Below are positions 1 through 9,546 of a stretch of DNA of 64,000 nt, piece after piece (position 1 is the stretch's first letter; each line of letters opens with the position of its first letter). The translations under genes and the position numbers were made by a program. This DNA comes from Acidobacteriota bacterium (lineage in GTDB: Bacteria > Acidobacteriota > Vicinamibacteria > Vicinamibacterales > 2-12-FULL-66-21), in contig JACCRT010000015.1 in the NCBI GenBank assembly GCA_013813355.1, forward strand, positions 1,328 through 65,327, written 5' to 3'. The notes below the pieces were generated by a model. That model saw only the letters and a list, made by a program, of their open reading frames with translations, searched no databases and was not told where the DNA came from.

Positions 1-1
1 C

Positions 2-559
2 GGACCCGCCGGCGCAACGTCGAGCAGCCAGGCAACGGCTGAAATACAGGTCACCGGTGGCGCCGCCGGCACCGCGCGCGTGCCGCTCGCGGCGGGGCAG
101 CGGGCGTTCCTGGCCCCCGTCACGCTGGACCAGCCCGTGTCATCGGGGCACCTCGACGTGCGCGTACGGCTCCAGGGGGCCGGCATGGCGCAGACAAGCG
201 TCGTCAGGCTAGCGGTCGGCCCCGCGGCGGCACTGCTGTTCCGGCGCGGGCCATCCACCGGTAACCGGATGCAACCGGCGGGTGACGTCCAGTTCAGCCG
301 GACGGAGCGCGCCCGCCTCGAGATCCCGCTCGCAGGTGGTGACATGTCCGCGGCAGGGCGTGTGCTCGATCGGAATGGACAGACGCTCACCGTCCCTGTG
401 ACTGTCGGCCATCGCACGGACGACGAGACCGGGCAGCGCTGGCTCACGGCCGACGTGACGCTGGCGGCGCTCGGTGCCGGGGACTATGCAATCGAGGTCC
501 TGATGGGTCCCGCGGAGGCGCAGCAGCGGGTGTTGACGGCAATCCGCGTCACGCGGTGA
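2..559 (+). CDS. hypothetical protein, C-terminal fragment (frame open to the window edge)
   Basis: The frame of ORF 80..559 stays open back to position 2 with GC-rich third positions. I recognised no motif. Confidence 0.5.
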   Translation, partial: GPAGATSSSQATAEIQVTGGAAGTARVPLAAGQRAFLAPVTLDQPVSSGHLDVRVRLQGAGMAQTSVVRLAVGPAAALLFRRGPSTGNRMQPAGDVQFSRTERARLEIPLAGGDMSAAGRVLDRNGQTLTVPVTVGHRTDDETGQRWLTADVTLAALGAGDYAIEVLMGPAEAQQRVLTAIRVTR

Positions 560-654
560 GACCGGGGATTGCCAGAACAGCGCCAGCACTGATGAGCGAC
601 GGCTGGCGTGCCAGCCGCAGTGCACTCGGTGTGTTGGCAGTGAGGAGCGAAGGC

Positions 655-728
655 TGGAGCGGGCTACGGGAATCGAACCCGTCTAGCTGGCTTGGGAAGC
701 CAGAGCATTACCACTATGCTAAGCCCGC
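655..728 (-). tRNA. tRNA-Gly (anticodon CCC)
   Basis: The reverse complement GCGGGCTTAGCATAGTGGTAATGCTCTGGCTTCCCAAGCCAGCTAGACGGGTTCGATTCCCGTAGCCCGCTCCA folds as a cloverleaf. It has a 7-bp acceptor stem, a GCAT/ATGC D stem, a CTGGC/GCCAG anticodon stem with loop TTCCCAA, an ACGGG/CCCGT T stem with loop TTCGATT, and an encoded CCA end. Confidence 0.95.
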
Positions 729-785
729 ATCAGCCGGCGATTGTACCACGAGTGGGGAGCGGTGGGGTGAGCGCCGCCGCGCCGC

Positions 786-2141
786 TCACGCGCGGATGAA
801 GGCGAGGACTTCGTCGCGCTTCCGCTCCATCAATTCCGGCGTGGTCGCTTCCAGGTTCAGGCGCAGGAGCGGTTCCGTATTCGACGCCCGCACATTGAAG
901 TGCCAGTCCGGGTACTCGACCGACACGCCGTCCATCGTGTAGCTCCTGCCGTCGGTGTACCGCGCGGCCAGTCCATCGATCTTGGCCTGCACGGTTTCCA
1001 TGTCACCCACCTTGGTATTGATCTCGCCCGAGAGGAAGTACTTCTCACGCAGCGGCGCCAGCAGCGCGTGGAGCGTCTGCCGCTTACGCGACATCAGCTC
1101 CAGGATGAGCAGCGCCGGAATGAACCCGTTGTCTGCAAAGAAGTAGTCCCTGAAATAATAGTGCCCGGTGACCTCGCCACCAAAGATGGCGTTTTCTTCC
1201 CGCATGCGCCGCTTGAAGAACGCGTGGCCAACGCGGTTCATCAGCGCCGTGCCGTTGTATTTCGCGACGATGTCTTTCACCGCGTAGCTGGCCCTCACGT
1301 CGTAGACCACCTTCGCGCCCGGATGCCGGAGGAGAAAGGCCTCCGCAAGCAGCGCCGTCACGAAGTCACCCGCGATGAACTCGCCGGTGCCGTCGATGAA
1401 GAAGCAGCGGTCCGCGTCGCCGTCCCACGCGATCCCGATGTCGGCCTTGTCCCGCACGACCCGTTCGACGATGTCGCGGCGGTTCTCCTCGATCAGGGGG
1501 TTCGCCTCGTGGTTCGGAAACGTCCCGTCCACGTCGAAGCAGAGCGTCGTCACTTTGCAGGGCAGCCGCTCGAAGAGCCTCGGGGCGATCAAGCCTGCCA
1601 TGCCGTTGCCGGCGTCCAGCACCACGTGGAACGGCTCGATGATGGATGGATCGATGAAGGACATGACGTGCTCGACGTAATCGTCGAGCACATCCTTCCG
1701 GGACAGCGCGCCGGGAGCCGCGGCGGGCGGGGGCAGCGTGCCTGATGCAATCATGTCGCGGATGTCGCCGATGCCAGCATCACCGCTGAGCGGAAACGCC
1801 TCCCGCCGCACCAGCTTGATGCCGTTGTACTCACCCGGGTTGTGTGACGCCGTGATCTGCGCGCCGCCGTCGAGCCCGTCGCGCGCCACGGCGAAGTACA
1901 TCATGTCGGTGCCCATCATGCCGTAGTCGACCACGTCGGCACCCTGCTCGCGCGCGCCTTCGATGAACGCAGCCGCAACCGAGGGGGACGACACCCGCAT
2001 GTCGCGCGACACCGCGATGCGCGTCGCGCCGAGATACGCCACCAAGCCGCGGCCAATCAGGCGCGCCGCGTCCTCGTTGATCTCGGAAGGGTAGAGGCCG
2101 CGGACGTCGTACGCCTTGAAAATCGTCGGATTGATGCTCAT
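786..2141 (-). CDS. phosphomannomutase/phosphoglucomutase (alpha-D-phosphohexomutase family)
   Basis: Phosphoserine loop TASHNPGEYNGIKL and N-terminal FKAYDVRG are present. I place the start at MSINPT (ATG 2141), which overlaps the upstream stop as ATGA. The longer ORF reaching 2222 is rejected. Confidence 0.85.
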   Translation of the reverse strand: MSINPTIFKAYDVRGLYPSEINEDAARLIGRGLVAYLGATRIAVSRDMRVSSPSVAAAFIEGAREQGADVVDYGMMGTDMMYFAVARDGLDGGAQITASHNPGEYNGIKLVRREAFPLSGDAGIGDIRDMIASGTLPPPAAAPGALSRKDVLDDYVEHVMSFIDPSIIEPFHVVLDAGNGMAGLIAPRLFERLPCKVTTLCFDVDGTFPNHEANPLIEENRRDIVERVVRDKADIGIAWDGDADRCFFIDGTGEFIAGDFVTALLAEAFLLRHPGAKVVYDVRASYAVKDIVAKYNGTALMNRVGHAFFKRRMREENAIFGGEVTGHYYFRDYFFADNGFIPALLILELMSRKRQTLHALLAPLREKYFLSGEINTKVGDMETVQAKIDGLAARYTDGRSYTMDGVSVEYPDWHFNVRASNTEPLLRLNLEATTPELMERKRDEVLAFIRA

Positions 2142-3196
2142 AGTCTGCTGTAGTCGGTGATGACGGTCTTGTCGCCGAGCACGACCGGTGTTTCGATGGC
2201 GGCGTTGCGGCCGATGTGGCAATTACGGCCGAGGAGCGCGCCGCGGACCACCGCTTCAGTGCCGATCCGGCCGTTCGGCCAGATGATCGAACCGTCAATG
2301 ACGGCGGATTCCTCCACGTGCGTCTGTCGGCCGATCACAGAATAGGGCAGCACCCGGGCGCCTGCTTTGATGACCACCCCTTCGTCGATGAAACAGGGCC
2401 TTTGAAGGTCGACCCCCGGGTCGATCTTCGCCTCCGGCGACACGAAAGCCGCCCCGGCGCCGATCGTATCAAACGGGGGCGCGATGAACCGGCCGTCCAT
2501 GATGTCGCGATGGACCTGCAGGTACTTCGCCGGCGTGCCGATGTCGATCCAGTATCCGTCGTGCACGAACGCCACGAAGGTCTCGCCGCGTTCGATGAGC
2601 GACGGGAAAAAACTGCGCTCGATGGACCACGCGGTGTCTTTCGGGATCCGCTCGAAGGTCTCCGGCTCGAGCACGTAAATGCCGGCGTTGATCGTGTTGC
2701 AGGTAATCTCGCTGTCGCCCGGCTTCTCGAGGAATCGGCTGACATTCCCATCCGCGTCGGTTTCGACCAGGCCGTAGGCTCTCGGATTCTCGACCGGTGT
2801 CAGCACGATGGTGGCCTTCGCCTTCCGCTCCCGGTGCAGCCGCAGGACCGCGCCGAGGTCCACCTGGGTCAGCACGTCCCCGTTGAACACCACCACCGAG
2901 TCGGTCAGCGAATCGCCGGCGTACCGCACGGCCCCCCCCGTGCCCAGCGGGACCGGCTCCACGACGTAGCGCAGGCGAAGCCCGAGACCTTCCCCCTCAC
3001 CGAAGATCTCCTCGATGCGCCGGGGCTGGTAATTCAGGCTGAGGATGACCTCGTCAATCTCCGGAACCTGCCGGAGCAGATCGATCTGGTAATAGAGAAA
3101 CGGCCGCCCCAGAATCGGGACGATGGGCTTCGGCGTGTGGACGGTCAGCGGGCGGAGCCGCGTACCCTTACCGCCGGCGAGGAGTATGGCCTTCAT
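2138..3196 (-). CDS. NDP-sugar pyrophosphorylase (mannose-1-phosphate guanylyltransferase-like) with C-terminal hexapeptide-repeat domain
   Basis: N-terminal MKAILLAGGKGTRLRPLT nucleotidyltransferase signature. The gene is translationally coupled to the phosphohexomutase gene. Confidence 0.85.
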   Translation of the reverse strand: MKAILLAGGKGTRLRPLTVHTPKPIVPILGRPFLYYQIDLLRQVPEIDEVILSLNYQPRRIEEIFGEGEGLGLRLRYVVEPVPLGTGGAVRYAGDSLTDSVVVFNGDVLTQVDLGAVLRLHRERKAKATIVLTPVENPRAYGLVETDADGNVSRFLEKPGDSEITCNTINAGIYVLEPETFERIPKDTAWSIERSFFPSLIERGETFVAFVHDGYWIDIGTPAKYLQVHRDIMDGRFIAPPFDTIGAGAAFVSPEAKIDPGVDLQRPCFIDEGVVIKAGARVLPYSVIGRQTHVEESAVIDGSIIWPNGRIGTEAVVRGALLGRNCHIGRNAAIETPVVLGDKTVITDYSRL

Positions 3197-3229
3197 AGCG
3201 ACTAACGATCATACAATGCATGCGACGGA

Positions 3230-3796
3230 ATGATGAATCTTCCGAACCTGATCACCCTGGGCCGGATCTTCCTCGTGCCGCTGCTGGTCGTCGTGCTGTT
3301 GACGCGCTTCGAGGGGCGTCTCATCCTCGGCGTACGGAAGGAACTGGTCGGCGCCGCCATTTTCGGCATCGCCGCGCTGACGGACTGGCTCGACGGCTAT
3401 CTCGCCCGCCGGAACAAGCAGGTGACGACGCTCGGCCAGTTGCTGGACCCGCTGGCCGACAAGCTGCTCATCACCGCAGCCTTCGTGTCGCTGGTCCAGA
3501 TGGATCTCGCCCCGGCCTGGATGGTGGCCGTCATACTGGGACGCGAGTTCGCCGTGACGGTGCTGCGCAGCATCGCGCATTCCCGTGGCGTCGTCATCGC
3601 CGCCTCACCGCTGGGTAAGTTCAAGATGATTTCCCAGGTCGTGGCCATCCTGCTGCTGATCCTGGGCGATCACCACCTGCAACAGTTCTTCGTCCTTGGG
3701 GAAATCGCGCTCTGGGTGGCCGTCGTCGCCGCCGTCGTGTCGGCCGTGGACTACTACCGTCGATTCAACCACGTGCTGGCCGGTTCCCCCGGGTAG
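3230..3796 (+). CDS. pgsA: CDP-diacylglycerol--glycerol-3-phosphate 3-phosphatidyltransferase
   Basis: CDP-alcohol phosphatidyltransferase motif DWLDGYLARRNKQVTTLGQLLDPLADK. The protein is multi-pass hydrophobic. Confidence 0.85.
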   Translation: MMNLPNLITLGRIFLVPLLVVVLLTRFEGRLILGVRKELVGAAIFGIAALTDWLDGYLARRNKQVTTLGQLLDPLADKLLITAAFVSLVQMDLAPAWMVAVILGREFAVTVLRSIAHSRGVVIAASPLGKFKMISQVVAILLLILGDHHLQQFFVLGEIALWVAVVAAVVSAVDYYRRFNHVLAGSPG

Positions 3797-3803
3797 GACA
3801 CCT

Positions 3804-3820
3804 CCAGCCTTCAGCCTTTC
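3804..3820. repeat. short heptad repeat (CCAGCCT TCAGCCT TTC) containing the 16-mer CAGCCTTCAGCCTTTC
   Basis: Read directly from the sequence. The identical 16-mer recurs at 19034-19049, and a near-identical copy lies in inverted orientation at 34762-34778. Confidence 0.8.
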
Positions 3821-4586
3821 ATCTGTGCACCGCGACGCTGTCGCCGACGTAGACCGCGTCGCGGGAGCTATCGATGTAGACCAGGGCGGTCGCCGGGCTG
3901 ACCGTGATGACCGTTGCCTCGGCAACCAGCTCCACGGGCCCACCCTCGACGACCGGGCGGAAGACGGTGAGGCGCTGGCCCGGACGCACGTCATGGTTGC
4001 TCCCGCGGTTCAGTACCATCAGCGCGCCTGCCGCCCCGACGTGCCGCCGTTCGTTTCCCATGAGGACCCGGCCTGGATCTGAAAAATCGGGGTGTCCACG
4101 GGCGATCGGTGTGGGGATGACCGGCAACACGAACGGCTCCAGGTAATCACCTGAGGTGATCCCGTCGCATGCATGGAGGATGCGCGCGCTCGAGACCGCG
4201 GGGCCGACCTGCTCGAGCCGGACCCATCCGGCGGTCTGGATACTCACGTGCGCCGCCCGGCCCCGTGCAGGTTCCAGGAACGGATCCCTCAGCGCACGCC
4301 GCACGAAAAACTCCTGGCCAGCCGCCAGGCCATCGCTGCTGCCCGCGTTCAGGATCACGACGTCGTCGGGGCCAAAGAGCGAGCGGCCGGCCGCCTCCCC
4401 CGTGATGATACGCACCCGGCCGATCGGGTGCCGGGCCGCGGCCTGCGGGCCACAGGCCATCTCACGGGCGGTGTCGCGCTCGACCGGCCGTGCCGCGCTC
4501 CACTGTGCCGCCGAGGCAGGCGGTGGCGCGGCGAACGCCGCGACGGCCGCGACCGCAAGCGCCGGCAAAAAGCTGTTAGCGGACAT
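3819..4586 (-). CDS. hypothetical exported protein
   Basis: Start chosen at MSANSFLPALAVAAVAAFAAPPPASAA (signal-peptide-like), preceded by GGAGAGACTGGAG. It overlaps the bamD stop by 11 nt. Third-position GC is high. Confidence 0.6.
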   Translation of the reverse strand: MSANSFLPALAVAAVAAFAAPPPASAAQWSAARPVERDTAREMACGPQAAARHPIGRVRIITGEAAGRSLFGPDDVVILNAGSSDGLAAGQEFFVRRALRDPFLEPARGRAAHVSIQTAGWVRLEQVGPAVSSARILHACDGITSGDYLEPFVLPVIPTPIARGHPDFSDPGRVLMGNERRHVGAAGALMVLNRGSNHDVRPGQRLTVFRPVVEGGPVELVAEATVITVSPATALVYIDSSRDAVYVGDSVAVHR

Positions 4587-5448
4587 CTCCAGTCTCTCCC
4601 TGCTTCTTGGCGAGCAGTGCCCGGACTTCGGCGGACTGCTGGCGGGCGGCGTCAAGATGCTCGCTCTGCTCGAATTCCTCAATCAGCCGTTCGAGGAAGG
4701 GCAGGGCTTCGAACGGGCGGTCAATGCGCAGGAGTGCCTGCGCCATGTAGAAGTACGCCGCGTCGCGATAGGTGTACTCCGGATCGTTCTTGAGCAGCCC
4801 GGTGAAGCGTTCGATGGCGCCCGGGTACCACCTCATACGGTAGTACTGCAGACCGACATTGAATTCCGCCTGGCCAAGGCGGTCCTTGGATTCCCTGAGC
4901 CGCTGGCGCGCCTCTGGCAGCAGCGGGCTGTTGGGGTAGCGCTGCACGAACAGCGTGAATTCGGTGATCGCCTCCTTCGTCTCGGTCTGGTCACGGTACG
5001 GGTTGCGCATCTGGCCGAAGTGCGCCATCCCCAGCTGGTACTGCGCGTAGTCCGCCCGCGCGTGCGTCGGGTAGAACGACAGGAACTCCCGGTACTCGTT
5101 GATCGCGAGGAGCTGCGATTCGAGCGTGTTCTCCCCGAGGTAACTGTCGCCGATCCCGAGCTTCGCGTCGGCACGGAAGGGGCTCTGCGGGTAGCTGTCG
5201 ACGAGCTGCCGGAAGTATTCGCGCGCCGTGAACCAACGCCGGGCGTTGAGCGTCTCGGTGCCACGCTCCCAGAGAAACTTGTCGGGTTCCAGCGTGCCGA
5301 CCGGCGGCCGGGTGGAGGCAGTGGTACAGGCCGCGAGCGCGCAGAGCAGGGCCAGGGCCAGGGCGCCGCGCAGACGGGGCGCGGCGAACTGCCACGAAGG
5401 CGAATCAATCGCGCAGGTCACGCGCGCACGGGTGTGGTCGAGAGCCAT
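4576..5448 (-). CDS. bamD: outer membrane protein assembly factor BamD-like lipoprotein (TPR-like)
   Basis: Lipobox LLCALAAC followed by TPR-like repeats typical of BamD/YfiO. An alternative GTG start at 5421 overlaps the upstream stop as GTGA. Confidence 0.75.
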   Translation of the reverse strand: MALDHTRARVTCAIDSPSWQFAAPRLRGALALALLCALAACTTASTRPPVGTLEPDKFLWERGTETLNARRWFTAREYFRQLVDSYPQSPFRADAKLGIGDSYLGENTLESQLLAINEYREFLSFYPTHARADYAQYQLGMAHFGQMRNPYRDQTETKEAITEFTLFVQRYPNSPLLPEARQRLRESKDRLGQAEFNVGLQYYRMRWYPGAIERFTGLLKNDPEYTYRDAAYFYMAQALLRIDRPFEALPFLERLIEEFEQSEHLDAARQQSAEVRALLAKKQGETGDVR

Positions 5449-6365
5449 CGGTATTCCGCTTCAATCCCTTCTTCGAGCGTTACGGTAGGGGCGAACCCAA
5501 GGTCTGCGCGGGCCAGCGTCGTGTCGGCGTACGTATCCCGCATGTCGCCCAGCTGGGCCGGCTCCCGCCGGATCTCGAGCGGCCGCCCCGCCAGCCGCCC
5601 GATGATCTCGAGCACGTGGTTCACCGACACGCGGGAACCGCCGCCGATGTTATAGGCCCGACCGGGAACCCCCTGGTCGCCGGCCGCCATCGTCGCGGCG
5701 ACGGCATCCTTCACGAAGGTGAAGTCGCGCGTCTGCTCGCCGTCGCCATAGAGTGTTATGGGCGCGCCGGTGAGTGCCGCCCTGATGAATCGGTTGAAGG
5801 CCATGTCGGGACGCTGTCGCGGACCATACACGGTGAAGTAGCGGACCGACGTCGTCGGCACGCCGTGGTTCACGTGATACAGGTAGCAGAGCTGCTCGGC
5901 GGCGAGCTTCGTCACGCCATAGGGCGACACCGGCTGGGGCAGGGCGTCCTCGCGCATCGGAATCGACACGTTGTCGCCGTAGAGCGATGAGCTCGAGGCG
6001 TACACGAACCGGTGCAGCGGGCGCCCCGCGCACGCCTCGAGAAGCTGCTGGGAGGCGTCCACGTTGTTGTCGGTATAGATGCGGAAGTCGGCCCCCCAAC
6101 TCTTGCGGACGCCGGCTTGCGCCGCGAGGTGGAACACGTGCGTGACCCCGTCGAGGAGCCTCCGGAGGTCCGTGTCCTGGAGTCTCGCCTCGACGAAGTG
6201 GAACCCTTCCCGCCCGCGATTCGCGTCCAGGTTCGACTCCTTCAGCGACCGCGGGTAGTAGTCGGTGAAGCAGTCGATTCCGATGACGTCGGCACCGCGG
6301 TCGAGCAGCGCGCCTGTCAGATGCGAGCCGATGAAGCCGGCCGCGCCGGTCACGAGCGCCTTCAT
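5418..6365 (-). CDS. NAD-dependent epimerase/dehydratase (extended SDR)
   Basis: Rossmann motif VTGAAGFIGSHL and catalytic YGVTK. Confidence 0.85.
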   Translation of the reverse strand: MKALVTGAAGFIGSHLTGALLDRGADVIGIDCFTDYYPRSLKESNLDANRGREGFHFVEARLQDTDLRRLLDGVTHVFHLAAQAGVRKSWGADFRIYTDNNVDASQQLLEACAGRPLHRFVYASSSSLYGDNVSIPMREDALPQPVSPYGVTKLAAEQLCYLYHVNHGVPTTSVRYFTVYGPRQRPDMAFNRFIRAALTGAPITLYGDGEQTRDFTFVKDAVAATMAAGDQGVPGRAYNIGGGSRVSVNHVLEIIGRLAGRPLEIRREPAQLGDMRDTYADTTLARADLGFAPTVTLEEGIEAEYRWLSTTPVRA

Positions 6366-6766
6366 ACTAACACCTCCCGGATCCGCGGTGGCAGGCGGCA
6401 GGGGCGTCCCGCCGGGTCGACGGCCGCATGCACGGTCCGCCCGGCAGCCGCGACCACGCCGTCGGCACGCCGCACGACTTCATACCTGAACTCCATCCGC
6501 GCGGGTGACAGCATTCGGCCCTGTGTCCTCACGTCCAGCTCGTCATCGTACTTTGCCGGACGCCGATACTCGCAATGTGCCTCGATGACGGGCAACGACA
6601 CGCCCGCCGCCTCCATCTCGCGGTAACTCCAGCCGAGGGACCGCAGCAGGTCCGTGCGCCCCACCTCAAACCACACGAGGTAATTCGCGTAGTAGACCAC
6701 GCCCATCGTGTCGGTCTCGGCGTACCGCACGCGCACGGTGGAGATCGACTCGCACGGCCCCGTCAC
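6362..6766 (-). CDS. acyl-CoA thioesterase, 4HBT/YbgC hotdog family
   Basis: N-terminal VRYAETDTMGVVYYANYLVWFEVGR, typical of YbgC-type thioesterases. Confidence 0.8.
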   Translation of the reverse strand: MTGPCESISTVRVRYAETDTMGVVYYANYLVWFEVGRTDLLRSLGWSYREMEAAGVSLPVIEAHCEYRRPAKYDDELDVRTQGRMLSPARMEFRYEVVRRADGVVAAAGRTVHAAVDPAGRPCRLPPRIREVLV

Positions 6767-7449
6767 CGGGCCGCCAGGGCCGCCTCGGCCGCCGCCCGCA
6801 GCCCTCGCGTCGCCGCCTCCGCATCCGGACTGCCGAAGATCGCCTGCCCGGCGACAAGGATCGTCGCCCCGGCCGCGACCACGCGCGCAACCGTGGTGGC
6901 ATCCACGCCGCCATCGACTTCGATGGGGGCAGGGTTCCCGTTCTTCTCAAGCAATTCGCGCACGGCCCGGATCTTAGACTCGCTGCGCGCGATGAAGGTC
7001 TGCCCCCCGAACCCGGGATTCACCGACATGACCAGCACGTGGTCCACATCGCCGGCCACGTCCTCGAGCGCCGAAACCGGTGTGGACGGGTTGATTGCCA
7101 CGCCGGCCCGGGCCCCCAGGGCCTTGATGAGGTGCAGGGTCCGGTGCAGGTGCGGCAGGACCTCGGCGTGCACCGAGACCATCGCGGCGCCGGCCGTGAC
7201 GAACTCCTCGACGAACCGATCCGGCTCCTCGATCATCAGGTGGACGTCGAGCGGCACCCGGGCGACCTTGTGGATGGCACGAACGACCGGCACGCCGATC
7301 GTGATGTTCGGCACGAAATGGCCGTCCATCACGTCGACGTGGATGAGATCCGCGCCGCCTCGTTCGACCGCCGCGATGGCCGCGCCAAGCGCGGCGAAAT
7401 CAGCCGACAGGATCGAGGGCGCGATCTGCACGCGAAATCGGCCGCTCAC
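6763..7449 (-). CDS. rpe: ribulose-phosphate 3-epimerase
   Basis: Motifs IHVDVMDGHFVPN and VMSVNPGFGGQ. Confidence 0.95.
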   Translation of the reverse strand: MSGRFRVQIAPSILSADFAALGAAIAAVERGGADLIHVDVMDGHFVPNITIGVPVVRAIHKVARVPLDVHLMIEEPDRFVEEFVTAGAAMVSVHAEVLPHLHRTLHLIKALGARAGVAINPSTPVSALEDVAGDVDHVLVMSVNPGFGGQTFIARSESKIRAVRELLEKNGNPAPIEVDGGVDATTVARVVAAGATILVAGQAIFGSPDAEAATRGLRAAAEAALAAR

Positions 7450-8168
7450 CGGCTCACCTCGAGCGAGATCGGCTCGCCGGGGGCAATCTGGAATCCCGCC
7501 TGCGGGTTCTGCCGGATCACGATCCCTGCCGGGACACCCGGATACGGATGGTCCCCCACCACGGCCACGCGGAACCCGCGGGCGCGGAGCAGGTCGGCCG
7601 CCCGCTCGCCGTTGATCCCGATCAGGTCCGGCATCACGAACGTTGCCCCGCGCTCGCCGTGGTTGACGAGCAGCGACACCTGCATCGCGGTCGTCCGTGG
7701 CGGCGGGTTCTGCGCAATCACCGCGCCGGCAGGGTAGTCGCCCGAGCGGATAGCCGCCACCGGCCCGAGTTCGAGCCCCTCCTGCGAAATCCTCAGCTGT
7801 GCCGCGCGCTCCGACTCCCCGGCCACCGCGGGCACGATCGTCGATCGCGGCCCGGCGCTCAACCAGACCCGGATACTGCGCTCGTGCCTGGTCCGCAAGC
7901 CGGCATGGGGTTCCTGCGCCACGATTTGCCCGGCCGGAACCGTTGAATCGGTACGACGCCCCTCCTCGATGCGCAGGTTCAGGCCCGCCTCGGTCAGCAC
8001 CGCGGTCGCCTCGTTCACCGTCTTACCCGCGAGCACCGGCACCACGACCTCGCGGGTCTTGAGCGCCACGCGCATCGCCGCGGCCGCAAACAGCAGGTAA
8101 GTGCAGAGGAGCGCGCCACAGAGCAACAGGATCTTGCCTGCGCCCCAGACACGGGACTTGAGGGCCAT
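7446..8168 (-). CDS. membrane-anchored PASTA-domain protein (three PASTA repeats, no kinase or PBP domain)
   Basis: N-terminal TM helix ILLLCGALLCTYLLFAAAA. Three repeats of about 65 aa begin at VPVLAGKT, VPAVAGES and MPDLIGIN. Confidence 0.8.
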   Translation of the reverse strand: MALKSRVWGAGKILLLCGALLCTYLLFAAAAMRVALKTREVVVPVLAGKTVNEATAVLTEAGLNLRIEEGRRTDSTVPAGQIVAQEPHAGLRTRHERSIRVWLSAGPRSTIVPAVAGESERAAQLRISQEGLELGPVAAIRSGDYPAGAVIAQNPPPRTTAMQVSLLVNHGERGATFVMPDLIGINGERAADLLRARGFRVAVVGDHPYPGVPAGIVIRQNPQAGFQIAPGEPISLEVSR

Positions 8169-8181
8169 GAACTTCGAAAGT

Positions 8182-9546
8182 TTAGCGCAAGTCCTTAGTT
8201 TTCACCAGCATGGCGGCAAAGAAGCCTTCAAGGCCATCGCGGAATGGCGTCGTCTGGAAGTACCCGGCGTCCGAGACGAACCGCTGGAGTGCCGCTGGAT
8301 GCGCCGCAGCAGGTGCAGGCTGAAGACTCGCGTCCTCCTTCAGAACCGCCTCAACGACCTCTTCATTCTCCTCGGGCTCGCTGGAACAGGTCGCGTAGAT
8401 GAGGCGCCCGCCGGGCTTCACGACGCGCGCGGCTTCCCGGAGCATGGCCCGCTGCACGCCCGCAAGCCTGGGCAACTCGTCCAGCCTTCGACGCCAGCGG
8501 ATCTCCGGGTCCCGCCGCAGCGTGCCGAGGCCGGAACACGGGGCATCCAGGAGCACCGCGTCGAAGGCCGGGCGGAACGGAAGAGCCCGCGAGACGTCGG
8601 CCTGGACGAGACGAACGCATGAGGCGGCCGACTCCCGCACCGTGCGGGCCAGGAGCGCGACGCGGCGGCTTCTGACGTCCAACGCCACGAGTCGTCCCGC
8701 GTCTTCCATCATCGCCGCCATCGCGGTGGTCTTGCCCCCAGGCGAAGCGCACGCATCGAGCACCGTCTCCCCGGGCCGCGCGCCGACGAGCAGGGCCACG
8801 AGCTGCGACGACTCGTCCTGCACGACGAACCGGCCGCTGCCGGCAAGCGGTGTCAGCAGCGGGTTCCCCGAACGAACGACGAGGCCGTCCGGAGCGAACC
8901 GGGTGGGCTCGGTGGTGACGCCTTCGGCCGCGAGGGCGGCCGCCAGCGTGTCACGGTTCGCTGCAAGGGTATTCGTCCGCAGCGTCAGCGCGGCCGGGGC
9001 GTTGTCGAACTGCGCCCAGGCCTCGGCCGCGGCGAAGCCGTAGCGGTCGAGCCATCGCGCGGCCAGCCACGCGGGATGCGAGAGGGCCGTCGCAAGGTAG
9101 GCAATGGCGGCGTCGCGGGTGCCGCCTTCTTCGGGCCTCGCGGGAAGGGGCAGCGTCCGCCGTTCGCGTGAGATACGGCGCAGCACGGCGTTGACCAGCC
9201 CCGACGCGCTCTTCTTGCCCGCCTTCCTCACCAGGTTCACGGCGTCGTTGACCGCGGCCGAGGCGGGAACGCGATCGAGGTGCAGAAGCTGGAACGCGGT
9301 CAGCCGCAGCACGTCGACGACCTCCGGGTCCAGCTTGCCGACCGGCCGCCGGGCGAACGCTTCGATCACGTGGTCGAACGCGCCCATCCAACGCAGCGTC
9401 CCGGTGACGATCTCGCCGGCCAGCGCGCGGTCGCGCTCGTCGGGCAGTGACGTGCGCACACGCGCGAGGGCCGACGGCAGGTCTGCGCGCCTCGACGTGA
9501 CGGCGCGCAGCGCGTCGTAGGCGGCCTGCCGTGCCGGGGCAATCAT
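8182..9546 (-). CDS. rsmB: 16S rRNA (cytosine967-C5)-methyltransferase
   Basis: NusB-like N-terminus, SAM motif DACASPGGKT, and catalytic motifs DAPCSGLGTLRR and YATCS. The start at MIAPARQ (ATG 9546) overlaps the fmt stop as ATGA. Confidence 0.9.
   Translation of the reverse strand: MIAPARQAAYDALRAVTSRRADLPSALARVRTSLPDERDRALAGEIVTGTLRWMGAFDHVIEAFARRPVGKLDPEVVDVLRLTAFQLLHLDRVPASAAVNDAVNLVRKAGKKSASGLVNAVLRRISRERRTLPLPARPEEGGTRDAAIAYLATALSHPAWLAARWLDRYGFAAAEAWAQFDNAPAALTLRTNTLAANRDTLAAALAAEGVTTEPTRFAPDGLVVRSGNPLLTPLAGSGRFVVQDESSQLVALLVGARPGETVLDACASPGGKTTAMAAMMEDAGRLVALDVRSRRVALLARTVRESAASCVRLVQADVSRALPFRPAFDAVLLDAPCSGLGTLRRDPEIRWRRRLDELPRLAGVQRAMLREAARVVKPGGRLIYATCSSEPEENEEVVEAVLKEDASLQPAPAAAHPAALQRFVSDAGYFQTTPFRDGLEGFFAAMLVKTKDLR

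Noticed and set aside
560-785. The tRNA-Gly region as a possible integration hotspot or genomic island border.
   Set aside because: There is no integrase, no direct repeat of the tRNA 3' end, and no compositional shift in the flanks. The neighbouring genes are ordinary housekeeping genes.
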